NCBI RefSeq assembly: GCF_963921235.1
Contig: NC_086120.1
Coordinates: 9,238,001 to 9,302,000, forward strand
Length of the DNA stretch: 64,000 bases
Direction: 5' to 3'
DNA from: Mobula hypostoma
Lineage: Eukaryota
The position numbers and the translations under genes are program-made. Shown in pieces: positions 39,001-51,000 of this stretch. The number at the start of each line of letters is the position of its first letter. Within the stretch, counting starts at the first letter, position 1. The notes beneath the pieces are model-generated. The model was not told the DNA's origin, did not search any database, and saw only the letters and a list, made by a program, of their open reading frames with translations.

Positions 39001-42000
39001 GGCTGGGGTACGGAGCTTGGCTGCGGGATCATCGAGGCTGGGGTACGGAGCTTCGCTGCGGGATCATCGAGGCTGGGGTACGGAGCTTGGCTGCGGGATC
39101 ATCGAGGCTGGGGTACTTGGAGCTTCGCTACGGGATCATCGAGGCTGGGGTACGGAGCTTCGCTGAGGGATCATCGAGGCTGGGGTACGGAGCTTTCCTG
39201 CGGGATCATCGAGGCTGGGGTACTGAACTTGGCTGCGGGATCATCGAGGCTGGGGTACGGAGCTTGGCTGCGGGATCATCGAGGCTGGGGTACGGAGCTT
39301 GGCTGCGGGATCATCGTGGCTGGGGTACGGAGCTTGGCTGCGGGATCATCGAGGCTGGGGTACGGAGCTTGGCTGCGGTTTCATCGAGGCTGGGGTACGG
39401 AGCTTGGCTGCGGGATCATCGAGGCTGGGGTACGGAGCTTGGCTGCGGGATCATCGAGGCTGGGGTACGGAGCTTGGCTGCGGGATCATCGAGGCTGGGG
39501 TACGGAGCTTGGCTGCGGGATCATCGAGGCTGGGGTACGGAGCTTGGCTGCGGGATCATCGAGGCTGGGGTACTTGGAGCTTCGATGCGGGATCATCGAG
39601 GCTGGGGTACTTGGAGCTTGGCTGCAGGATCATCGATGCTGGGGTACGGAGCTTGGCTGCGGGATCATCGAGGCTGGGGTACTGAGCTTGGCTGCGGGAT
39701 CATCGAGGCTGGGGTACGGAGCTTGGCTGCGGGATCATCGAGGCTGGGGTACGGAGCTTGGCTGCGGGATCATCGAGGCTGGGGTACGGAGCTTGGCTGC
39801 GGGATCATCGAGGCTGGGGTACGGAGCCTGGCTGCGAGATCATCGAGGCTGGGGTACGGAGCTTGGCTGCGGGATCATCGAGGCTGGGGTACGGAGCTTG
39901 GCTGCGGGATCATCGAGGCTGGGGTACGGAGCTTGGCTGCGGGATCATCGAGGCTGGGGTACTGAGCTTGGCTGCGGGATCATCGAGGCTGGGGTACGGA
40001 GCTTGGCTGCGGGATCATCGAGGCTGGGGTACGGAGCTTGGCTGCGGGATCAACGAGGCTGGGTTACGGAGCTTGGCTGCGGGATCATCGAGGCTGGGGT
40101 ACGGAGCTTGGCTGTGGGATCATCGAGGCTGGGGTACTTAGCTTGGCTGCGGGATCATCGAGGCTGGGGTACGGAGCTTGGCTGCGGGATCATCGAGGCT
40201 GGGGTACGGAGCTTTGCTGCGGGATCATCCAGGCTGGGGTACGGAGCTTGGCTGCGGGATCATCGAGGCTGTGCTACGGAGCTTGGCTGCGGGATCATCG
40301 AGGCTGGGGTACGGAACTTGGCTGCGGGATCATCGAGGCTGGGGTACTTGGAGCTTGGCTGCGGGATCATCGAGGCTGGGGTACGGAGCTTTGCTGCGGG
40401 ATCATCCAGGCTGGGGTACAGAGCTTGGCTGCGGGATCATCGAGGCTGTGGTACGGAGCTTGGCTGCGGGATCATCGAGGCTGGGGTACGGAACTTGGCT
40501 GCGGGATCATCGAGGCTGGGGTACTTGGAGCTTGGCTGCGGGATCATCGAGGCTGGGGTACGGAGCTTGGCTGCGGGATCATCGAGGCTGGGGTACTGAG
40601 CTTGGCTGCGGGATCATCGAGGCTAGGGTACGGAGCTTGGCTGCGGGATCATCGAGGCTGGGGTACGGAGCTTGGCTGCGGGATCATCGAGGCTGGGGTA
40701 CGGAGTTTGGCTGCGGGATCATCGAGGCTGGGGTACGGTGCTTGGCTGCGGGATCATCGAGGCTGGGGTACGGAGCTTGGCTGCGGGATCATCGAGGCAG
40801 GGGTTCTTGGAGCTTGGCTGCGGAATCATCGAGGCTGGGGTACGGAACTTGGCTGCGGGATCATCGAGGCTGGGGTTCTTACAGCTTGGCTGCGGAATCA
40901 TCGAGGCTGGGGTACTTGGAGCTCGGCTGCGGGGTTTTCGAGGCTTGGAGCTTGGCTGCGGGATCTTCAAGCTTGGGTTCTTGGAGCTTGGGTTCTTGGA
41001 GCTTGGCTGCGGGATCTACAAGCTTGGGTTCTTGGAGCTCGGCTGCGGGGTCTTCGAGGCTTGGAGCTTGGCTGCGGGATCTTCAAGCTTGGGTTTTTGC
41101 AGCTTGGCTGCGGGATCTTCAAGCTTGGGTTCTTGGAGCTCGGCTGCGGCGTCTTCGAGGCTTGGAGCTTGGCTGCGGGATCATCGAGGCTGGGGTACGG
41201 AGCTTCGCTGCGGGATCATCGAGGCTGGGGTACGGAGCTTGGCTGCGGGATCATCGAGGCTGGGGTACGGAGCTTGGCTGCGGGATCATCGAGGCTGGGG
41301 TACGGAGCTTGGCTGCGGGATCATCGAGGCTGGGGTACTTCGATCTTGGCTACGGGATCATCGAGGCTGGGGTACTTGGAGCTTCGCTGCGGGATCATCG
41401 AGGCTGGGGTACGGAGCTTGGCTGCGGGATCATCGAGGCTGGGGTACTTGGAGCTTCGCTACGGGATCATCGAGGCTGGGGTACGGAGCTTCGCTGAGGG
41501 ATCATCGAGGCTGGGGTACGGAGCTTGGCTGCGGGATCATCGAGGCTGGGGTACTTGGAGCTTGGCTGCGGGATCATCAATGCTGGGGTACGGAGCTTGG
41601 CTGCGGGATCATCGAGGCTGGGGTACTGAGCTTGGCTGCGGGATCATCGAGGCTGGGGTACGGAGCTTGGCTGCCGGATCATCGAGGCTGGGGTACGGAG
41701 CTTGGCTGCGGGATCATCGAGGCTGGGGTACGGAGCCTGGCTGCGGGATCATCGAGGCTGGGGTCCGGAGCTTGGCTGCGGGATCATCGAGGCTGGGGTA
41801 CGGAGCTTGGCTGCGGGATCATCGAGGCTGGGGTACGGAGCTTGGCTGCGGGATCACCGAGGCTGGGGTACGGAGCTTGGCTGCGGGATCATCTAGGCTG
41901 GGGTACGGAGCTTGGCTGCGGGATCATCGAGGCTGGGGTGCGGAGCTTGGCTGCGGGATCACCGAGGCTGGGGTACGGAGCTTGGCTGCGGGATCATCGA

Positions 42001-45000
42001 GGCTGGGGTACTTGGAGTTTGGCTGCGGGATCATCGAGGCTGGGGTACGGGGCTTGGCTGCGGGATCATCGAGGCTGGGGTACGGAGCTTGGCTGCGGGA
42101 TCATCGAGGCTGGGGTTCTTGGAGCTTGGCTGCGGAATCATCGAGGCTGGGGTACGGAACTTGGCTGCGGGATCATCGAGGCTGGGGTTCTTGGAGCTTG
42201 GCTGCGGAATCATCGAAGCTGGGGTACTTGGAGCTCGGCTGCGGGGTTTTCGAGGCTTGGAGCTTGGCTGCGGGATCTTCAAGCTTGGGTTCTTGGAGCT
42301 TGGCTGCGGGATCTTCAAGCTTGGATTCTTGGAGCTCGGCTGCGGAGTCTTCGAGGCTTGGAGCTTGGCTGCGGGATCTTCAAGCTTGGGTTCTTGGAGC
42401 TTGGCTGCGGGATCATCGAGGCTGGGATACGGAGCTTGGCTGCGGGATCATCGAGGCTGGGGTACGGAGCTTGGCTGCTGGATCAACGAGGCTGGGGTAC
42501 GGAGCTTGGCTGCGGGATCATCGAGGCTGGGGTACGGAGCTTGGCTGCGGGATCATCGAGGCTGGTGTACGGAGCTTCGCTGCGGGATCATCGAGGCTGG
42601 GGTACTGAGCTTGGCTGCGGGATCATCGAGGCTGGGGTACGGAGCTTGGCTGCGGGATCATCGAGGCTGGGGTACGGAGCTTGGCTGCGGGATCAACGAG
42701 GCTGGGGTACGGAGCTTGGCTGCGGGATCATCGAGGCTGGGGTACTTGGAGCTTGGCTGCGGGATCATCGAGGCTGGGGTACTTGGATCTTGGCTACGGG
42801 ATCATCGAGGCTGGGGTACTTGGAGCTTCGCTGCGGGATCATCGAGGCTCGGGTACGGAGCTTGGCTGCGGGATCATCGAGGCTGGGGTACTGAGCTTGG
42901 CTGCGGGATCATCGAGGCTGGGGTACGGAGCTTGGCTGCGGGATCATCAAGGCTGGGGTACGGAGCTTGGCTGCGGGATCATCGAGGCTGGGAAACGGAG
43001 CTTGGCTGCGGGATCATCGAGGCTGGGGTACGGAGCTTGGCTGCGGGATCATCGAGGCTGGGGTACGGAGCTTGGCTGCGGGATCATCGAGGCTGGGGTA
43101 CGGAGCTTGGCTGCGGGATCATCGAGGCTGGGGTACGGAGCATGGCTGCGGGATCATCGAGGCTGGGGTACGGAGCTTGGCTGCGGGATCATCGAGGCTG
43201 GGGTACGGAGCTTGGCTGCGTTATCATCGAGGCTGGGGTACGGAGCTTGGCTGCGGGATCATCGAGGCTGGGGTACGGAGCTTGGCTGCGGGATCATCGA
43301 GGCTGGGGTACGGAGCTTGGCTGCGGGATCAACGAGGCTGGGGTACGGAGCTTGGCTGCGGGATCATCGAGGCTGGGGTACGGAGCTTGGCTGCGGGATC
43401 ATCGAGGCTGGGGTACTGAGCTTGGCTGCGGGATCATCGAGGCTGGGGTACGGAGCTTGGCTGCGGAATCATCGAGGCTGGGGTACGGAGCTTGGCTGCG
43501 GGATCATCGAGGCTGGGGTACGGAGCTTGGCTGCGGGATCATCGAGGCTGGGGTACTTGGAGCTTGGCTGCGGGATCATCGAGGCTGGGGTACGGAGCTT
43601 GGCTGCGGGATCATCGAGGCTGGGGTACTTGGAGCTTCGCTGCGAGATCATTGAGGCTGGGGTACGGAGCTTGGCTGCGGTATCATCGAGGCTGGGGTAC
43701 TGAGCTTGGCTGCGGGATCATCGAGGCTAGGGTACGGAGCTTGGCTGCGGGATCATCGAGGCTGGGGTACGGAGCTTGGCTGCGGGATCATCGAGGCTGG
43801 GGTACGGAGCTTGGCTGCGGGATCATCGAGTCTGGGGTACGGAGCTTGGCTGCGGGATCATCGAGGCTGGGGTACGGAGCTTGGCTGCGGGATCACCGAG
43901 GCTGGGGTACGGAGCTTGGCTGCGGGATCATCTAGGCTGGGGTACGGAGCTTGGCTGCGGGATCATCGAGGCTGGGGTACGGAGCTTGGCTGCGGGATCA
44001 TCGAGGCTGGGGTACGGAGCTTGGCTGCGGGATCACAGAGGCTGGGGTACTTGGAGTTTGGCTGCGGAATCATCGAGGCTGGGGTACGGAGCTTGGCTGC
44101 GGGATCATCGAGGCTGGGGTTCTTGGAGCTTGGCTGCGGAATCATCGAGGCTGGGGTACTTGGAGCTCGTCTGCGGGGTTTTCGAGGCTTGGAGCTTGGC
44201 TGCGGGATCTTCAAGCTTGGGTTCTTAGAGCTTGGCTGCGGGATCTTCAAGCTTGGGTTCTTGGAGCTCGGCTGCGGGGTCTTCGAGGCTTGGAGCTTGG
44301 CTGCGGGAGCTTCAAGCTTGGGTTCTTGGAGCTTGGCTGCGGGATCTTCAAGCTTGGGTTCTTGGAGCTCGGCTGCGGGGTCTTCGAGGCTTGGAGCTTG
44401 GCTGCGGGATCATCGAGGCTGGGGTACGGAGCTTGGCTGCGGGATCATCGAGGCTGGGGTACGGAGCTTGGCTGCGGGATCATCGAGGCTGGGGTACGGA
44501 GCTTCGCTGCGGGATCATCGAGGCTGGGGTACGGAGCTTGGCTGCGGGATCATCGAGGCTGGGGTACGGAGCTTGGCTGCGGGATCATCGAGGCTGGGGT
44601 ACTGAGCTTGGCTGCGGGATCATCGAGGCTGTGGTACTGAGCTTGGCTGCGGGATCATCGAGGCTGGGGTACGGAGCTTGGCTGCGGGATCATCGAGGCT
44701 GGGGTACGGAGCATGGCTGCGGGATCATCGAGGCTGGGGTACGGAGCTTGGCTGCGGGATCATCGAGGCTGGGGTACGGAGCTTGGCTGCGGGATCATCG
44801 AGGCTGGGTTACGGAGCTTGGCTGCGGGATCATCGAGGCTGGGGTACGGAGCTTGGCTGCGGGATCATCGAGGCTGGGGTACGGAGCCTGGCTGCGGGAT
44901 CATCGAGGCTGGGGTACGGAGCTTGGCTGCGGGATCATCGAGGCTGGGGTACGGAGCTTGGCTGCGGGATCACCGAGGCTGGGGTACGGAGCTTGGCTGC

Positions 45001-48000
45001 GGGATCATCTAGGCTGGGGTACGGAGCTTGGCTGCGGGATCATCGAGGCTGGGGTACGGAGCTTGGCTGCGGGATCACCGATGCTGGGGTACGGAGCTTG
45101 GCTGCGGGATCATCGAGGCTGGGGTACTTGGAGTTTGGCTGCGGGATCATCGAGGCTGGGGTACGGGGCTTGGCTACGGGATCATCGAGGCTGGGGTACG
45201 GAGCTTGGCTGCGGGATCATCGAGGCTGGGTTTCTTGGAGCTTGGCTGCGGAATCATCGAGGCTGGGGTACGGAGCTTGGCTGCGGGATCATCGAGGCTG
45301 GGGTTCTTGGAGCTTGGCTGCGGAATCATCGAGGCTGGGGTACTTGGAGCTCGGCTGCGGGGTTTTCGAGACTTGGAGCTTGGCTGCGGGATCTTCAAGC
45401 TTGGGTTCTTGGAGCTTGGCTGCGGGATCTTCAAGCTTGGGTTCTTGGAGCTCGGCTGCGGGGTCTTCGAGGCTTGGAGCTTGGCTGCGGGATCTTCAAG
45501 CTTGGGTTCTTGGAGCTTGGCTGCGGGATCTTCAAGCTTGGGTTCTTGGAGCTCGGCTGCGGGGTCTTCGAGGCTTGGAGCTTGGCTGCGGGATCATCGA
45601 GGCTGGGGTACGGAGCTTGGCTGCGGGATCATCGAGGCTGGGGTACGGAGCTTGGCTGCGGGATCATCGAGGCTGGGGTACTTGGAGCTTGGCTGCGGGA
45701 TCATCGAGGCTGGGGTACGGAGCTTGGCTGCGGGATCATCGAGGCTGGGGTACTGAGCTTGGCTGCGGGATCATCGAGGCTAGGGTACGGAGCTTGGCTG
45801 CGGGATCATCGAGGCTGGGGTACGGAGCTTGGCTGCGGGATCATCGAGGCTGGGGTACGGAGTTTGGCTGCGGGATCATCGAGGCTGGGGTACGGGGCTT
45901 GGCTGCGGGATCATCGAGGCTGGGGTACGGAGCTTGGCTGCGGGATCATCGAGGCTGGGGTTCTTGGAGCTTGGCTGCGGAATCATCGAGGCTGGGGTAC
46001 GGAACTTGGCTGCGGGATCATCGAGGCTGGGGTTCTTAGAGCTTGGCTGCGGAATCATCGAGGCTGGGGTACTTGGAGCTCGGCTGCGGGGTTTTCGAGG
46101 CTTGGAGCTTGGCTGCGGGATCTTCAAGCTTGGGTTCTTGGAGCTTGGGTTCTTGGAGCTTGGCTGCGGGATCTACAAGCTTGGGTTCTTGGAGCTCGGC
46201 TGCGGGGTCTTCGAGGCTTGGAGCTTGGCTGCGGGATCTTCAAGCTTGGGTTTTTGCAGCTTGGCTGCGGGATCTTCAAGCTTGGGTTCTTGGAGCTCGG
46301 CTGCGGCGTCTTCGAGGCTTGGAGCTTGGCTGCGGGATCATCGAGGCTGGGGTACGGAGCTTCGCTGCGGGATCATCGAGGCTGGGGTACGGAGCTTGGC
46401 TGCGGGATCATCGAGGCTGGGGTACGGAGCTTGGCTGCGGGATCATCGAGGCTGGGGTACGGAGCTTGGCTGCGGGATCATCGAGGCTGGGGTACTTCGA
46501 TCTTGGCTACGGGATCATCGAGGCTGGGGTACTTGGAGCTTCGCTGCGGGATCATCGAGGCTGGGGTACGGAGCTTGGCTGCGGGATCATCGAGGCTGGG
46601 GTACTTGGAGCTTCGCTACGGGATCATCGAGGCTGGGGTACGGAGCTTCGCTGAGGGATCATCGAGGCTGGGGTACGGAGCTTGGCTGCGGGATCATCGA
46701 GGCTGGGGTACTTGGAGCTTGGCTGCGGGATCATCGATGCTGGGGTACGGAGCTTGGCTGCGGGATCATCGAGGCTGGGGTACTGAGCTTGGCTGCGGGA
46801 TCATCGAGGCTGGGGTACGGAGCTTGGCTGCCGGATCATCGAGGCTGGGGTACGGAGCTTGGCTGCGGGATCATCGAGGCTGGGGTACGGAGCCTGGCTG
46901 CGGGATCATCGAGGCTGGGGTCCGGAGCTTGGCTGCGGGATCATCGAGGCTGGGGTACGGAGCTTGGCTGCGGGATCATCGAGGCTGGGGTACGGAGCTT
47001 GGCTGCGGGATCACCGAGGCTGGGGTACGGAGCTTGGCTGCGGGATCATCTAGGCTGGGGTACGGAGCTTGGCTGCGGGATCATCGAGGCTGGGGTGCGG
47101 AGCTTGGCTGCGGGATCACCGAGGCTGGGGTACGGAGCTTGGCTGCGGGATCATCGAGGCTGGGGTACTTGGAGTTTGGCTGCGGGATCATCGAGGCTGG
47201 GGTACGGGGCTTGGCTGCGGGATCATCGAGGCTGGGGTACGGAGCTTGGCTGCGGGATCATCGAGGCTGGGGTTCTTGGAGCTTGGCTGCGGAATCATCG
47301 AGGCTGGGGTACGGAACTTGGCTGCGGGATCATCGAGGCTGGGGTTCTTGGAGCTTGGCTGCGGAATCATCGAAGCTGGGGTACTTGGAGCTCGGCTGCG
47401 GGGTTTTCGAGGCTTGGAGCTTGGCTGCGGGATCTTCAAGCTTGGGTTCTTGGAGCTTGGCTGCGGGATCTTCAAGCTTGGATTCTTGGAGCTCGGCTGC
47501 GGGGTCTTCGAGGCTTGGAGCTTGGCTGCGGGATCTTCAAGCTTGGGTTCTTGGAGCTTGGCTGCGGGATCATCGAGGCTGGGATACGGAGCTTGGCTGC
47601 GGGATCATCGAGGCTGGGGTACGGAGCTTGGCTGCTGGATCAACGAGGCTGGGGTACGGAGCTTGGCTGCGGGATCATCGAGGCTGGGGTACGGAGCTTG
47701 GCTGCGGGATCATCGAGGCTGGTGTACGGAGCTTCGCTGCGGGATCATCGAGGCTGGGGTACTGAGCTTGGCTGCGGGATCATCGAGGCTGGGGTACGGA
47801 GCTTGGCTGCGGGATCATCGAGGCTGGGGTACGGAGCTTGGCTGCGGGATCAACGAGGCTGGGGTACGGAGCTTGGCTGCGGGATCATCGAGGCTGGGGT
47901 ACGGAGCTTGGCTGCGGGATCATCGAGGCTGGGGTACTTGGAGCTTGGCTGCGGGATCATCGAGGCTGGGGTACTTGGATCTTGGCTACGGGATCATCGA

Positions 48001-51000
48001 GGCTGGGGTACTTGGAGCTTCGCTGCGGGATCATCGAGGCTCGGGTACGGAGCTTGGCTGCGGGATCATCGAGGCTGGGGTACTTGGAGCTTGGCTGCGG
48101 GATCATCGAGGCTGGGAAACGGAGCTTGGCTGCGGGATCATCGAGGCTGGGGTACGGAGCTTGGCTGCGGGATCATCGAGGCTGGGGTACGGAGCTTGGC
48201 TGCGGGATCATCGAGGCTGGGGTACGGAGCTTGGCTGCGGGATCATCGAGGCTGGGGTACGGAGCATGGCTGCGGGATCATCGAGGCTGGGGTACGGAGC
48301 TTGGCTGCGGGATCATCGAGGCTGGGGTACGGAGCTTGGCTGCGTTATCATCGAGGCTGGGGTACGGAGCTTGGCTGCGGGATCATCGAGGCTGGGGTAC
48401 GGAGCTTGGCTGCGGGATCATCGAGGCTGGGGTACGGAGCTTGGCTGCGGGATCAACGAGGCTGGGGTACGGAGCTTGGCTGCGGGATCATCGAGGCTGG
48501 GGTACGGAGCTTGGCTGCGGGATCATCGAGACCGGGGTACTTAGCTTGGCTGCGGGATCATCGAGGCTGGGGTACGGAGCTTGGCTGCGGGATCATCGAG
48601 TCTGGGGTACGGAGCTTTGCTGCGGGATCATCGAGGCTGGGGTACGGAGCTTGGCTGCGGGATCATCGAGGCTGGGGTACGGAGCTTGGCTGCGGGATCA
48701 TCGAGGCTGGGGTACGGAGCTTGGCTGCGGGATCATCGAGGCTGGGGTACTGAGCTTGGCTGCGGGATCATCGAGGCTGGGGTACGGAGCTTGGCTGCGG
48801 GATCATCGAGGCTGGGGTACGGAGCTTGGCTGCGGAATCATCGAGGCTGGGGTACGGAGCTTGGCTGCGGGATCATCGAGGCTGGGGTACGGAGCTTGGC
48901 TGCGGGATCATCGAGGCTGGGGTACTTGGAGCTTGGCTGCGGGATCATCGAGGCTGGGGTACGGAGCTTGGCTGCGGGATCATCGAGGCTGGGGTACTTG
49001 GAGCTTCGCTGCGGGATCATTGAGGCTGGGGTACGGAGCTTGGCTGCGGTATCATCGAGGCTGGGGTACTGAGCTTGGCTGCGGGATCATCGAGGCTAGG
49101 GTACGGAGCTTGGCTGCGGGATCATCGAGGCTGGGGTACGGAGCTTGGCTGCGGGATCATCGAGGCTGGGGTACGGAGCTTGGCTGCGGGATCATCGAGT
49201 CTGGGGTACGGAGCTTGGCTGCGGGATCATCGACGCTGGGGTACGGAGCTTGGCTGCGGGATCACCGAGGCTGGGGTACGGAGCTTGGCTGCGGGATCAT
49301 CTAGGCTGGGGTACGGAGCTTGGCTGCGGGATCATCGAGGCTGGGGTACGGAGCTTGGCTGCGGGATCACCGAGGCTGGGGTACGGAGCTTGGCTGCGGG
49401 ATCACAGAGGCTGGGGTACTTGGAGTTTGGCTGCGGAATCATCGAGGCTGGGGTACGGAGCTTGGCTGCGGGATCATCGAGGCTGGGGTTCTTGGAGCTT
49501 GGCTGCGGAATCATCGAGGCTGGGGTACTTGGAGCTCGTCTGCGGGGTTTTCGAGGCTTGGAGCTTGGCTGCGGGATCTTCAAGCTTGGGTTCTTAGAGC
49601 TTGGCTGCGGGATCTTCAAGCTTGGGTTCTTGGAGCTCGGCTGCGGGGTCTTCGAGGCTTGGAGCTTGGCTGCGGGAGCTTCAAGCTTGGGTTCTTGGAG
49701 CTTGGCTGCGGGATCTTCAAGCTTGGGTTCTTGGAGCTCGGCTGCGGGGTCTTCGAGGCTTGGAGCTTGGCTGCGGGATCATCGAGGCTGGGGTACGGAG
49801 CTTGGCTGCGGGATCATCGAGGCTGGGGTACGGAGCTTGGCTGCGGGATCATCGAGGCTGGGGTACGGAGCTTCGCTGCGGGATCATCGAGGCTGGGGTA
49901 CGGAGCTTGGCTGCGGGATCATCGAGGCTGGGGTACGGAGCTTGGCTGCGGGATCATCGAGGCTGGGGTACTGAGCTTGGTGCGGGATCATCGAGGCTGT
50001 GGTACTGAGCTTGGCTGCGGGATCATCGAGGCTGGGGTACGGAGCTTGGCTGCGGGATCATCGAGGCTGGGGTACGGAGCATGGCTGCGGGATCATCGAG
50101 GCTGGGGTACGGAGCTTGGCTGCGGGATCATCGAGGCTGGGGTACGGAGCTTGGCTGCGGGATCATCGAGGCTGGGTTACGGAGCTTGGCTGCGGGATCA
50201 TCGGGCTGGGGTACGGAGCTTGGCTGCGGGATCATCGAGGCTGGGGTACGGAGCCTGGCTGCGGGATCATCGAGGCTGGGGTACGGAGCTTGGCTGCGGG
50301 ATCATCGAGGCTGGGGTACGGAGCTTGGCTGCGGGATCACCGAGGCTGGGGTACGGAGCTTGGCTGCGGGATCATCTAGGCTGGGGTACGGAGCTTGGCT
50401 GCGGGATCATCGAGGCTGGGGTACGGAGCTTGGCTGCGGGATCACCGAGGCTGGGGTACGGAGCTTGGCTGCGGGATCATCGAGGCTGGGGTACTTGGAG
50501 TTTGGCTGCGGGATCATCGAGGCTGGGGTACGGGGCTTGGCTACGGGATCATCGAGGCTGGGGTACGGAGCTTGGCTGCGGGATCATCGAAGCTGGGTTT
50601 CTTGGAGCTTGGCTGCGGAATCATCGAGGCTGGGGTACGGAGCTTGGCTGCGGGATCATCGAGGCTGGGGTTCTTGGAGCTTGGCTGCGGAATCATCGAG
50701 GCTGGGGTACTTGGAGCTCGGCTGCGCGGTTTTCGAGACTTGGAGCTTGGCTGCGGGATCTTCAAGCTTGGGTTCTTGGAGCTTGGCTGCGGGATCTTCA
50801 AGCTTGGGTTCTTGGAGCTCGGCTGCGGGGTCTTCGAGGCTTGGAGCTTGGCTGCGGGATCTTCAAGCTTGGGTTCTTGGAGCTTGGCTGCGGGATCTTC
50901 AAGCTTGGGTTCTTGGAGCTCGGCTGCGGGGTCTTCGAGGCTTGGAGCTTGGCTGCGGGATCATCGAGGCTGGGGTACGGAGCTTCGCTGCGGGATCATC

